Position numbers and translations under genes: made by a program | The notes under the pieces: generated by a model | Told to the model about the DNA's origin: nothing | The model's database searches: none | What the model saw: only the letters and a program-made list of their open reading frames with translations | Source of the DNA: Patescibacteria group bacterium | Lineage (GTDB): Bacteria; Patescibacteriota; Minisyncoccia; Ryanbacterales; GWA2-47-10b | Assembly (NCBI GenBank): GCA_038064855.1 | Contig: JBBTSE010000002.1 | Span: forward strand, 8,530-72,529 | Direction: 5' to 3' | Length of the DNA stretch: 64,000 nt | In this document: in pieces, positions 19,239 through 28,517 of the stretch | Layout: the number at the start of each line of letters is the position of its first letter | Numbering within the stretch: position 1 is the first letter of the stretch

Positions 19239-20456
19239 TCAAGCGATGTCGCGAGGTGCCAGCGTCTCCGCGCTGAATGGGTGCGTCTGGATGCCGAGGG
19301 TCATGAGCTTCAGGTAGATCTCGTGGTTCGGCAGGTAGACGAGATCGCCCTCCGAGATCTCGGGGTAGAACTCGCGCGCGACGATCTCGGCATCGGCCAA
19401 GCCGATCCGAAACGAGATGATCGTGCCGACGTTGCCGATGATCGCGTCGCGGATCTCCGGTGCCAACTGCGAGAGGTACTGGTGCGCGAGCACCAACCCC
19501 ACGCGGTACTTGCGGAGCTCCGAGAGCATGTTCGCGAGCGAGAGGGTCGTGAAGTTCTGGAACTCGTCGAGGTAGACCCAGAAGTGTCGCCGCTCGGTCT
19601 CCGGGATCTCCGCTCGGCCGAAGGCGGCGTTGCCGATCGACGAGACAAGTAGCGATCCCAAGAGGTTCGCGGTGTCCTCGCCGATCTTCCCCTTGGCGAG
19701 GTTGACCAGCAGGATCTTGCCCTCGTCCATGACGCGCCGAAGATCGAGGCCTTCTCCCTTGCCGTTCAAGATCCCGTAGAGGAGGGGGTTGGCAAGGAAC
19801 GCCCCCACCTTGTTTTGGATTGGTGCGATCGCCTCGGCGCGAAACCGATCCGGATACCCCGGAAATTCCCGCAGCCAGAAGGACCGGACCTGCGGGTTCT
19901 CGACTCGTTGTCCGACGCCTCGCCGGTAGTCGTCGTCCGAGAGCAGGCGAAGGACATCCGCGAGCACCGGCTTCTCCTGGTCGAGAAGCGCCAAGAGCGC
20001 ATTCCGCAGGATGTGCTCGAGGCGCGGTCCCCAGGAGTCAGCCCACAGCTTTCGGAACACCTCGAGCATCGCGGAGGCGGCAAGTGACCTCTTCTCGAAG
20101 GGAACCCCGCCGAGCGGGTTGAAGGAGAGGGTCCGCGATCGGTCAGGCACGTCGAAGTAGATGACATCGCCCTTGCGCTCGTCGGGGACCGCGCCGAGCA
20201 CGCGCTCGACCAGATCTCCGTGGGGATCGACCAGGGCGAAGCCGTAGCCTGCACGAAGATCATCCCGCATCAAGGTTTCAAGGAGCGTCGACTTTCCGGT
20301 TCCCGTCTTGCCAAGCATATATATATGGAAGAGCCGATCGGTGGTCCGAATCCCGAAGGGCCTGTGTTCTGTGCGAAAGTTCGTCCGGGCGAAGACGGCA
20401 AGGTGGTTCTGGGTGTGGTGCATCCTCACCCATGATCGAGCCCATCGCTCCAGCAC
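19239..20456 (-). CDS. Second VirD4/TraG/HerA-like ATPase (TM-less)
   Basis: GKTGTGKS, VDPHGDL, WGPRLE, PIQNKVG, YLDEFQNF, ELRKY..LAHQY. Confidence 0.9.
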   Translation of the reverse strand: MLERWARSWVRMHHTQNHLAVFARTNFRTEHRPFGIRTTDRLFHIYMLGKTGTGKSTLLETLMRDDLRAGYGFALVDPHGDLVERVLGAVPDERKGDVIYFDVPDRSRTLSFNPLGGVPFEKRSLAASAMLEVFRKLWADSWGPRLEHILRNALLALLDQEKPVLADVLRLLSDDDYRRGVGQRVENPQVRSFWLREFPGYPDRFRAEAIAPIQNKVGAFLANPLLYGILNGKGEGLDLRRVMDEGKILLVNLAKGKIGEDTANLLGSLLVSSIGNAAFGRAEIPETERRHFWVYLDEFQNFTTLSLANMLSELRKYRVGLVLAHQYLSQLAPEIRDAIIGNVGTIISFRIGLADAEIVAREFYPEISEGDLVYLPNHEIYLKLMTLGIQTHPFSAETLAPRDIA

Positions 20457-20560
20457 ACGAGACGGGAGGACTTGCCGTTCGCGGCAACATGCCCCGTCTA
20501 CTCGGCCCGCTCCATCCTCCTACGCTGAAGGCAGACGCTCTTTGGACAAAGGAGGATACG

Positions 20561-21100
20561 ATGAGCCAGGAGCAGAACGGTCGGACGCGATCGGCCGCAA
20601 GAGGTCCGGTCGCCCAGATGCGGGTGAAGCGAAGCGTGAGCCCCGACGGCAGGATCGACTCGCTCTCGGTCGAGATCACCTCGCCCCTCGAGAGTCTTGC
20701 GCCAGATGAACTCACGCGATGCGCGAAAGAGATCATCGCCAGCGAGGCCGAGGTCGTCGAGGTCTTTCTCGGGAAGCAGCAGGCGGAAACCCTCCCTCGG
20801 TCGAAGTCGCGAGCGAACGGCAACGGAGCCAAGGGAACCCCGGCCCAGATGCTGTCAGTCGGCGGCATGGACACCGAGTGGGGTAGGCGCCTCTTCATCA
20901 CCTTCAAGGTGAATGGGGAGACCGCCCGCGTGTTCGGCTCGACGCGGAAGGTTGCGGGCCTGCTCGCCTCGGCCGGCACGCCCCTCGAGGAGTCGGCGAT
21001 CGAAGAGGGTCTTGATCTGAACATCCCGTGCAGGGTCCTCACGGGCAAGACCAAGGACGGCCGCTACCTCTCGATCGAGAAGGTGCTGCCGGCGACCTAA
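20561..21100 (+). CDS. Hypothetical protein (possible OB-fold C-terminus)
   Basis: RBS AGGAGG before MSQEQ; divergent from the ATPase. Confidence 0.7.
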   Translation: MSQEQNGRTRSAARGPVAQMRVKRSVSPDGRIDSLSVEITSPLESLAPDELTRCAKEIIASEAEVVEVFLGKQQAETLPRSKSRANGNGAKGTPAQMLSVGGMDTEWGRRLFITFKVNGETARVFGSTRKVAGLLASAGTPLEESAIEEGLDLNIPCRVLTGKTKDGRYLSIEKVLPAT

Positions 21101-21212
21101 CCCACAAGGCCAGACGTTCCTCGGAGCGTCTGGCCTCTTTTTCAAGCTGGTTCCGGAAGGCAAAGAAAAAGCCGATTGGTTGGTCCAGTCGGCGGGGCGT
21201 ACCCGATTCGGG

Positions 21213-21461
21213 TCAGGAAAGGAGCGAGAGACGCCTGAGGTCGTCCTCCGTCCAGCGGGCTTGGAGTTCGATCATGCTCCGGAGAGTCTTTGGCGGGAAA
21301 GTGTCGCCAGAGTGGTGGAAGGTCACGGTGACGCGGCGCCCGTCAGCATGCGTGTAGTGGCGGTGGCTGCCGCGCTGGCGATCGAGAGTGAACCCGTCGG
21401 CGAGAAGAGCTCGAACGAGTTCGCGGGCTGTGAGGGAGCGGAGTCGGCTGTAGTCGATCAT
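21213..21461 (-). CDS. hicA: HicA family toxin
   Basis: ARELVRALLADGF..RQRGSHRHY..RRVTV..H..KTLRSMI. Confidence 0.92.
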   Translation of the reverse strand: MIDYSRLRSLTARELVRALLADGFTLDRQRGSHRHYTHADGRRVTVTFHHSGDTFPPKTLRSMIELQARWTEDDLRRLSLLS

Positions 21462-21694
21462 CCGATGGTGACGGCCACCACGGGTTCATCCAGTACCTTG
21501 ACGTCTGCTGGCAAGGCCTCGCCGTCCTCGAGAAGGCTCTCGAGAACCATCTGGGCAACCTCCTCGATATTGCGGAGCGCCTCGTCCTTGGTCTTGCCCC
21601 ACGTGGCGGCACCCCTCGCCTCGAGGGCGGGGACGTAGGCGCGCCAAGCGTCAGCGTCCGGCTCAACGACGACCGGGAAGACATACGACTTCAC
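21458..21694 (-). CDS. hicB: HicB family antitoxin (short)
   Basis: AYVPALE..GAATWGKTKDEALRNIEE; overlaps hicA; RBS AGGAGG. Confidence 0.9.
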   Translation of the reverse strand: MKSYVFPVVVEPDADAWRAYVPALEARGAATWGKTKDEALRNIEEVAQMVLESLLEDGEALPADVKVLDEPVVAVTIG

Positions 21695-21909
21695 GATTCC
21701 ACCTCCTTTCTTGAGGATCTGGGTTGATTCCATACCCAAGTGTAGGGAGACCGGCCAACAGTGTCAACCTATGTTTAGTAGCTTGTAAAGAACGCCGCGC
21801 TCTTCTCCTGATTGTCCACGTGACGATGAAGCCCTGCATGCTCGTAGTGTTGTTTGTAAGGAGTACGAGGTCGCCGATTTGGCGATTCACTTCCGAGCCG
21901 GAACGTCTC

Positions 21910-22458
21910 CTACTTGTGGCGGGTATCGGTCGATCGGGAGGGTTGGACGAAGCCGACAGGACTCTTCTCGACGCGGGCTGGTGGCAGTTTTGTCGTCCCG
22001 AGATCTTCGCCAACGCGGTCGAGGACTTCCTTGATCCCGGGAATCCATGGGACGCTTTGACGGAGCGGGAGATCGAACCAACGGAAGGACGAGAACTCTC
22101 GGAAATTTAGCTTCACTGCTCCCTTGTTGGCGAGGCAGAGAAAGCGGATGCCGGGGATGACTCGCTGTTCGGTAGGCACGTGGATTGAGTACGCCTCGAG
22201 AATCTGTCTCGGCTCAATGGCGAGTCCGAGTTCTTCGAAGATCTGCCGCTTGATGGCAGCTTCGAAGCTCTCTCCGGGGAGCACCGAACCACCGCCACAT
22301 TCCCAGTGGCCCGGAAAGAGAGATCGTTCCCGTGAGCGTTTCGCCCCGAGTACCTTCCAGCGTCCCGCATCCTGGCGAACGCAGACGCCCGCGACGTGTA
22401 CCTCGATGAGGGGTGGGCCATCCTCGCGGATGGGAAAGTGTGCGTGCTCAAGCTTCAC
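21910..22458 (-). CDS. NUDIX hydrolase
   Basis: FPGHWECGGGSVLPGESFEAAIKRQIFEELGL (RQ variant of the Nudix box). Confidence 0.85.
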   Translation of the reverse strand: MKLEHAHFPIREDGPPLIEVHVAGVCVRQDAGRWKVLGAKRSRERSLFPGHWECGGGSVLPGESFEAAIKRQIFEELGLAIEPRQILEAYSIHVPTEQRVIPGIRFLCLANKGAVKLNFREFSSFRWFDLPLRQSVPWIPGIKEVLDRVGEDLGTTKLPPARVEKSPVGFVQPSRSTDTRHK

Positions 22459-22499
22459 ATTCTCATTATACACCGCCCGTGAAGAATCCAAGCGATCCG

Positions 22500-22610
22500 A
22501 TATCGGGCGGTCATAGCCTCGGAGCGGGAAGCATCGAGACGGCTCTTGTAGATGTCGCGGATCAGCTTCTTCGCGTCGACGAGTCCTTTCCATCCTCCCG
22601 CATGGCGGGG
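22500..22610 (-). pseudogene. Possible antitoxin C-terminal fragment
   Basis: AGGWKGLVDAKKLIRDIYKSR resembles the C-termini of small antitoxins; no partner toxin. Confidence 0.35.
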
Positions 22611-22777
22611 GAGGTTGCCACGAAGGGAACACCACCCCTCTTGGTTCCTGATCGAGCCAGGGTCATACTTGGGCAGCATCACGCGGCGATGCTGCGGCCA
22701 TCGTGTGCTTGAGTGTCGGTGAGTTCTCGTATCTTCGCGAGCGTCGCAAGAGCGGAGGCATCAGCGCTCAGGGCAAG

Positions 22778-22806
22778 GGTTCGAACGTCCTCTACGTAGG
22801 TCCACA
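22778..22806 (+). other. Putative att junction: island-side GGTTCGAACGTCCTCTAC arm joined to acceptor-stem core AGGTCCACA
   Basis: AGGTCCAC recurs at 22883-22890 within a tmRNA/tRNA-Ala-type 3' end; composition shifts here. Confidence 0.6.
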
Positions 22807-22815
22807 TCTCAATAA

Positions 22816-22892
22816 AGAATCGAACTCCGGACTGCTGGGGGCAGTCCGCGGGCGAGCTGTGGGAGCGAGCAAGATTCTCCCCAGGTCCACCA
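22816..22892 (+). repeat. Folded element ending in a tmRNA/tRNA-Ala-type 3' end
   Basis: AGAATCGAAC + hairpin CGGACTGC/GCAGTCCG + GATTCTCCCCAGGTCCACCA (U70, A73, CCA). Confidence 0.7.
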
Positions 22893-23019
22893 CTTCGCTT
22901 CGGTGTTATGATAATTGTATAGAATCGAAAAAAAATAAAGTTAATCGTCTTGTCTATCGAAGTTAAATTGTGACCATTAAAATAGCTTAGTTTATATGAT
23001 TCCCCTCTTAAATATGGCA

Positions 23020-23652
23020 TTTCACGTGAAATATTGGACATTTCTGTGTATATCTATTGGACATTGTGGATAAAGGACATTAAAATCATGTCTTTTATGT
23101 CCTTTTGCCTTATGTATGCCTCAATATAGCGAAAAGCGTCGTATAGGGAACATTGCCGAAGACGTATCGGTGGTGTTTCTTGTGAAAAGCGGTCATATGG
23201 TTTTAGATAGAAACTATCTAAAGAAGTGGGGCGAACTCGATATTGTATCGGTTGACCGATCCGATACTATCCATTTTATAGAGGTTAAGTCTAAAACTAT
23301 CGGCTTTTCACGTGAAATGAATATAGATAATACTCAAAATTTAGTTTCACGACAAGTTTCACAAAAAAGTTTCACAGCAAATACATTTAAAATAGAGCTT
23401 TCACGTGAAAGCATTGATGAGGAAAGTGATGGATATCGACCAGAAGATAATGTCCATTACTTTAAGCAGAAGCGCATGATGCGGGCGATCGAGTCATATA
23501 TAATGGAAAACGAAAGTAAGATGGGGGATAGAGAGTGGCAGATTGATGTTTTGGCCGTAGCCCTCGATTTTTCACGGGAAACGGCTATAATGAGGCATAT
23601 TGAAAATGTGATTTTTGATATATAGTCGTGTGAGACTATTTTTCACGTGAAA
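23020..23652. promoter_or_regulatory. Cluster of parS-like palindromes
   Basis: TTTCACGTGAAA at 23020, 23306, 23399 and 23641; 1-mismatch copy at 23570; matches the core of the parS consensus TGTTTCACGTGAAACA. Confidence 0.8.
23116..23625 (+). CDS. yraN: YraN (UPF0102) family nuclease-like protein
   Basis: IGNIAED, LDRNYLKKWGELDIV, HFIEVKS, WQIDVLAV. Confidence 0.9.
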   Translation: MPQYSEKRRIGNIAEDVSVVFLVKSGHMVLDRNYLKKWGELDIVSVDRSDTIHFIEVKSKTIGFSREMNIDNTQNLVSRQVSQKSFTANTFKIELSRESIDEESDGYRPEDNVHYFKQKRMMRAIESYIMENESKMGDREWQIDVLAVALDFSRETAIMRHIENVIFDI

Positions 23653-23660
23653 GCATGATT

Positions 23661-23731
23661 CGGAGTGTAGTATACCGGTAGTACGTCTGCTTTGGGAGCA
23701 GATAGACTGGGTTCGATTCCCAGCACTCCGA
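23661..23731 (+). tRNA. tRNA-Pro(TGG)
   Basis: CGGAGTG/CACTCCG acceptor; TCTGC-TTTGGGA-GCAGA; TTCGATT T-loop. Confidence 0.95.
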
Positions 23732-23746
23732 CAATTCATAATAAAA

Positions 23747-23847
23747 GGGAATCGAAGGGAAGTCTGGGAGACTTCCCCAGCTCCGCACTAAGCGAAGCGC
23801 AGAAGGAGGATTCCCAGCCCGCCCAGGGCGAGGCAGGCACTCCGACA
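23747..23847 (+). repeat. Folded element ending in a duplicated tRNA-Pro 3' end
   Basis: GGGAATCGAA + hairpin GGAAGTCT/AGACTTCC + GATTCCCA-[20-nt insert]-GCACTCCGACA. Confidence 0.75.
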
Positions 23848-23988
23848 GTCTCTATGGGGCTTGCAAATAAGTTGTTTTTGTGATATAGTTTTTTCGACAC
23901 TTTAGGCCCTTGAGAACTGAATAATATAGGATTAACGCATTCAGAGAGAATCTCGGATGCTTACAGAGAAGAGAAAAGGAAGGAGAGA

Positions 23989-25353
23989 ATGGTTATGAAG
24001 CGTTCACTGTTCGGATTTTTGGTGGTTCTCATGTTCGTGCCGCACTTTGCTGGCGCGAGTGAGATGCCCCGTAACCTCGAAGACTACTGTGTCTTCGCGA
24101 ACAAGAAGTTGCTGCTTGGCACCAACGCCGCCATCATCGGTGGTAGTGCTGGCGTCAATCGCGTGATAGAACGAGCGTCGCGGTTTTCGATGGTGATGCA
24201 ATCGCACTCCATCGTCGACCCCAGCTTCCCAGTCGCCGCCTCGTCGATCAAGATGGTCGACTACGCGACGGTAGGGGGTCTGTTTAGGGATTTCCTCACG
24301 AGAGTGGGGATCGTCAACGTCAACTGGGAGTTCGATGGTGATTTCCCTGTCCTTACCTTGCCCGACCTCCCATTCTTCTTGCCGGAGGACATTCACATCA
24401 TCCCGCAAGAAGGGACGACATGGCTCGGACCCGGCCGGTATGGAATCCTCGAAGTAGGACCCGGCGCGACCGTCGTTCTGACGGGCGGCGAGTATCACTT
24501 TCTGCAGACCTGGTTTCGTGCCGGTTCGCAGTTCTACTACGAGAATCCAGTCGAGGTCAGGGTGCAGGGAAAATTCATGGGCGACGAAGGCATCGTCGTC
24601 CGCTCTGCGCCTTGGGCTGATGTACTACCACACGATGCAAACTTCGTGGTAGGTGGTGCGATGGCGACCTTTGGACCCTATGGTTCATACGATGGGATGT
24701 TCTATGCCCCGCGCAGTAGCATTCGAGTCCAGAGGCAGACTACGATCACGGGTCAGGTGGTTGGTAACAAGGTTCGGTTCTCCGATAACGTTCGGTGCAT
24801 TTGGGCGGCGGGAATCGTACCAACACCAACACCGAGCCCAACTCCAACTCCTATGGCGACCCCGACACGGACTCCCACACCCACTCCTACTCTCACGCCG
24901 ACACCAACTCGTACGCCCACACCGACGGCAACACAGGTTCCAACTCCTACTCCGGCGCCTACGGCGACACCCACTCCGACCCCGACTCCCACACGCACGC
25001 CAAGTCCGACTGTAGCGCCTACGGCGACTCCCAGTCCCACGCCAGTACCTACTGCAACCCCGACAGGAACTCCTACGCCGACCGCGGTACCAACACAAAC
25101 GCCGCCAGTATGCATCCCAAGCGCAGAAGTGTGCAACGGGCGTGACGATGACTGCGATACCAAGATCGACGAGGGTAATCCTGGTGGTGGCATCTCGTGT
25201 AGTACCGGGAACCTCGGTGTGTGCGCGGCGGGTGTGACCAAGTGCCACCAAGGCAATGTGATCTGCACACAGAACACGGGCGCCTTCCCCGAGATCTGTA
25301 CCGATCAGCTCGACAACGACTGCGATGGTACGGTCAACGACGGATGCCCGTAA
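23989..25353 (+). CDS. Secreted protein: beta-helix-like domain, TP linker, Cys/Asp metal-binding repeats
   Basis: Signal peptide; [10 protein letters not shown]; long TPTP run; [24 protein letters not shown]. Confidence 0.85.
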   Translation: MVMKRSLFGFLVVLMFVPHFAGASEMPRNLEDYCVFANKKLLLGTNAAIIGGSAGVNRVIERASRFSMVMQSHSIVDPSFPVAASSIKMVDYATVGGLFRDFLTRVGIVNVNWEFDGDFPVLTLPDLPFFLPEDIHIIPQEGTTWLGPGRYGILEVGPGATVVLTGGEYHFLQTWFRAGSQFYYENPVEVRVQGKFMGDEGIVVRSAPWADVLPHDANFVVGGAMATFGPYGSYDGMFYAPRSSIRVQRQTTITGQVVGNKVRFSDNVRCIWAAGIVPTPTPSPTPTPMATPTRTPTPTPTLTPTPTRTPTPTATQVPTPTPAPTATPTPTPTPTRTPSPTVAPTATPSPTPVPTATPTGTPTPTAVPTQTPPVCIPSAEVCNGRDDDCDTKIDEGNPGGGISCSTGNLGVCAAGVTKCHQGNVICTQNTGAFPEICTDQLDNDCDGTVNDGCP

Positions 25354-25406
25354 CCGCTCTTCGAAACCAGAAACCAAACCATAGAAGGGCAAACCCTTCG
25401 AATCAC

Positions 25407-25440
25407 AGCCCAGTGCGCTCCAATGCGTGCTGGGCTTTTT
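25407..25440 (+). terminator. Rho-independent terminator
   Basis: AGCCCAGTGCG..CGTGCTGGGCT followed by a T-tract. Confidence 0.7.
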
Positions 25441-25596
25441 CATTGCTGGGGAGTATTGACTTTTTCGTTAAAAAATGTTAAAGTTTCTCCGTTATATCGG
25501 CTCCTTAAAAACTTCATAGCGACGAGCAAGATACTCAATTTCAGCAAATAAACTTATTACTGGATTCGAAAAAAAATAAACTAGAAACAATATCTT

Positions 25597-27861
25597 ATGA
25601 AGAAGGGAATACTTTCCGTATTCTTTTCTCTTGCATTGGTATTTTTCCCAGTACTCGCACACGCAGAAGATATTAGTGAAAATAATCTTCCGCAGTGGTT
25701 TGGGCTCTCATCTACCTCTGTAGGGGTAGGAGATCCAGTGGAGTTCACAATTGGCGTAAATGATTTGGATGGCGATCCTCTCACTGTTACGACCGAACTT
25801 CCTGATGGTGCATCGTACGACTTGCCGACGGGTATCTTTTCATGGACGCCAAGCGCGGCTGGTATTTACACTGCTAACTTTTCAGCGAATGACGGTCATG
25901 GTGTAGGCTCACATCTTGTAACAATCGAAGTTAATGCAGTAAACAACCTTCCTGTTTGGTCAGGTCCTCGTAGTGCAACGACAACCGTCGGCACTCTCAT
26001 CAATTATGTAATTGGCGTGAATGATCTCGATGGTGACGCGTTGACTATTACGACGACATTGCCTGATGGCGCGTCGTACGATCAATCAACGGGCGTCTTT
26101 TCATGGACACCTACTGCAATTGGTATGTACACTGCGCGCTTCTCAGCTTCAGATGGAAAAGGTGTCGGGGAGCATACACTTACTGTTGAGGTGGTTGAAA
26201 GCTTAAATCATCTCCCTGTTTGGTCAGGTCCTCGTAGTGCAACGACAACTGTCGGCACTCTCATCAATTATACATTTGGTGTGAATGATCTTGACGGCGA
26301 TCCACTTACACTCGAAATCATGCGTCCCGCAGGCGCCACCTATGCCACAAGCACGGGGGCGTTTATCTGGACACCGACAACTCAAGGGCTCTTCGTTGCC
26401 ACATTCATCGCTTCTGATGGTGTTGGTAGCGCAACGCATACATTTACTATTGAGGTCAATGAAGTAACGAGTGGCAATCGCCCTCCGTACTTTGTAAATT
26501 TCAATCCCGGTATTTTTGCGACAGCACTTGAGAAATACGAATATGACGCGAATGCCGAAGATCCCGATGGGGATACTTTGAGCTATTTGCTTACAAAGCG
26601 CCATGTTGGTATGGTGATTGCCACATCAACAGGTGTTATCACATGGACTCCAGAAATAGCACAGGTATCGTCAACGCCATATGACGTTATCGTCGCGGTT
26701 ACAGATGGTACCTATACGGTCACTGAAGATTTTAAAATCACAGTTACCCAAAACCATCTTCCTGTTTGGTCAGGTCCTCGTAGTGCAACGACAACCATAG
26801 ATACTCTGGTCATGTTCACCATCGGAGTAAATGATCTCGATGGCGATCCGCTCAAGCTTTCACTTGTGCGGCCCGTAGGATCAGTATATGCCACGAGCAC
26901 AGGCGTCTTTATGTGGACGCCAACCATGATCGGTACCACTGATGTTTTATTCAGTGCGTACGATGGCACGGGTACATCAACACACAAAACTACTATTGAA
27001 GTAGTAAGTGGCAATCACCCGCCCATCTGGTCAGGTCCTCGTAGTGCAACGACAACCGTCGGCACTCTCATCAATTATACATTTGGTGTGAATGATCTTG
27101 ACGGCGATCCACTTACACTCGAAATCATGCGTCCAGCAGGCGCCACCTATGCCACAAGCACAGGGGTGTTCTCATGGACGCCGGGTGCAACTGGCACTTT
27201 TATCGCAAAGTTCACTGCAAGCGATGATAAATTTGCTACCAGCACCCACACATTTACTATCGAAGTGAATCCCAAGCCAGTAGATCCTCCACCACCACCC
27301 CCACCGCCACCCGGCGGAGGGGGAGGCGGAGGCGGTGGAGGAGGCGGAGGCAATGGGCCTCCATGCCTCATCAATAATAGTTGTAACACTCCACCAGCAC
27401 CCGCACTTCCACCCCCACCTGCACCGAGTACTCCCGTAAATAATCCAGTTCCTTCACAACCAAACCCCAGCCCACGACCCGTGCAGCCAACGCCAGCCAT
27501 ACGGCCGGCACCTGCACCAGATCTTGCTCTCGTATCAAACCTGATTGCGACGACGACGCCCGCTGAAGGCCCGTCGCTTGCGTCTGTATTACTTGCGGGA
27601 TTATTCAACTTCTTAGGTTGGCTCCGCTCAAATTGGTGCATCCTTGGTTGGTTGCTCTGGCTTCTCACGCTTCTCGCGTTTATCCTCTATGTGATCTTTA
27701 CGAACACAGACGAAGATGACGAGGAAGTAAAAGAGTCAACGCCACCTAACGGATTGCCAATCATGCCGTTCGATGATGAATCGAATGAGCCGATAAAAGA
27801 AGCTGTATCGGAGAATACGCTCAGCGAATACTGGGAAACAACTCCACAAGAGAATAAGTAA
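25597..27861 (+). CDS. Surface protein with six Ig-like (He_PIG/cadherin-like) repeats, Pro/Gly stalk and C-terminal TM anchor
   Basis: Repeated NDLDGDPL..TG.F.WTP; ATST motifs; poly-P/poly-G; hydrophobic C-terminal segment. Confidence 0.9.
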   Translation: MKKGILSVFFSLALVFFPVLAHAEDISENNLPQWFGLSSTSVGVGDPVEFTIGVNDLDGDPLTVTTELPDGASYDLPTGIFSWTPSAAGIYTANFSANDGHGVGSHLVTIEVNAVNNLPVWSGPRSATTTVGTLINYVIGVNDLDGDALTITTTLPDGASYDQSTGVFSWTPTAIGMYTARFSASDGKGVGEHTLTVEVVESLNHLPVWSGPRSATTTVGTLINYTFGVNDLDGDPLTLEIMRPAGATYATSTGAFIWTPTTQGLFVATFIASDGVGSATHTFTIEVNEVTSGNRPPYFVNFNPGIFATALEKYEYDANAEDPDGDTLSYLLTKRHVGMVIATSTGVITWTPEIAQVSSTPYDVIVAVTDGTYTVTEDFKITVTQNHLPVWSGPRSATTTIDTLVMFTIGVNDLDGDPLKLSLVRPVGSVYATSTGVFMWTPTMIGTTDVLFSAYDGTGTSTHKTTIEVVSGNHPPIWSGPRSATTTVGTLINYTFGVNDLDGDPLTLEIMRPAGATYATSTGVFSWTPGATGTFIAKFTASDDKFATSTHTFTIEVNPKPVDPPPPPPPPPGGGGGGGGGGGGGNGPPCLINNSCNTPPAPALPPPPAPSTPVNNPVPSQPNPSPRPVQPTPAIRPAPAPDLALVSNLIATTTPAEGPSLASVLLAGLFNFLGWLRSNWCILGWLLWLLTLLAFILYVIFTNTDEDDEEVKESTPPNGLPIMPFDDESNEPIKEAVSENTLSEYWETTPQENK

Positions 27862-27870
27862 TACTCTATC

Positions 27871-27897
27871 AAAAACCACCCTCTCGGGTGGTTTTTG
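27871..27897 (+). terminator. Rho-independent terminator
   Basis: AAAAACCACCC-TCTC-GGGTGGTTTTT. Confidence 0.8.
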
Positions 27898-27958
27898 GTT
27901 TTTATGCGTGGTGCTAGAATGTTTATAGAGAGGTTTTATCAGCTTAAATGTAATTTTT

Positions 27959-28276
27959 ATGACAAATTTTGAAGGTGGGCCGAAAGAAGAGTCCGAGAAG
28001 GTTGATCTCGTAGAAGTAATGGAGCGATTAAAAGATCCCGCAGAGATAAAAGCATTTTACGATGAATATGTTGAAAGTGTTCGAGCCCAGGACCCGGGAG
28101 GAGACGCTGAGGGTCTGGTAAAACAAAATATAGGGTTTGTACTTGATCGTCTCGCAGATCAAGAGGTAGCACAGCGCTGGCGAGACGCTTTGCCCGGCAC
28201 AGAATATGCGGGGTATATGGAAGTTAAGAGGTCGGAAATACCTAAGAACTCAGAAATTAAGGGAAAGAAAAAATAA
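27959..28276 (+). CDS. Small acidic hypothetical protein
   Basis: ORF with upstream TGCTAGAAT extended -10-like box. Confidence 0.7.
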   Translation: MTNFEGGPKEESEKVDLVEVMERLKDPAEIKAFYDEYVESVRAQDPGGDAEGLVKQNIGFVLDRLADQEVAQRWRDALPGTEYAGYMEVKRSEIPKNSEIKGKKK

Positions 28277-28332
28277 AGAAGCATCAAGGGTGATAGGTTC
28301 CCCAGGTACTCTTGGCTATAAAACTTAAAAAA

Positions 28333-28365
28333 ACAAAAAAGCGCCGCAAGGCGCTTTTTTGTTTT
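28333..28365. terminator. Bidirectional terminator
   Basis: ACAAAAAAGCGCC-GCAA-GGCGCTTTTTTGT. Confidence 0.8.
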
Positions 28366-28366
28366 A

Positions 28367-28505
28367 TGTGCGGTCGGCGGGAGTCGCTTTGCCTCCACAG
28401 CAAAGCCACGGATTTTTGCTCGAACCAGTGGCGCAAAAATCCGGTTCGACCCCCTTTCATCCAAAACAAATAAAAATAACCCCGCACTACGTGGGGTTAT
28501 TTTTA
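28367..28505 (-). repeat. ~139-bp direct repeat copy A (terminator + folded element + tRNA-Gly 3' end)
   Basis: Nearly identical to 30056-30194; ends GACTCCCGCCGACCGCACA. Confidence 0.92.
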
Positions 28506-28517
28506 TATGCAAATTTA

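Larger units (their letters stand above)
1..22806. mobile_element. High-GC integrative island (left end outside window), right boundary at tmRNA/tRNA-Ala-type 3' end
   Basis: Serine recombinase, two coupling-protein-like ATPases, RadC, HicAB, IS remnant; abrupt drop in GC at ~22800-22900 coinciding with AGGTCCACA. Confidence 0.75.

Noticed and set aside
24820-25105. Periodic repeats as a CRISPR array
   Set aside because: They encode a Thr-Pro linker; no constant repeat with unique spacers and no cas genes
24685-25443. Long antisense ORFs (VGVG / RCR-rich)
   Set aside because: Shadows of the TP-repeat coding strand
26221-27180. Near-identical repeats as a DGR template/variable pair
   Set aside because: Differences are not adenine-specific, both copies are in-frame domains of one gene, and no reverse transcriptase is present
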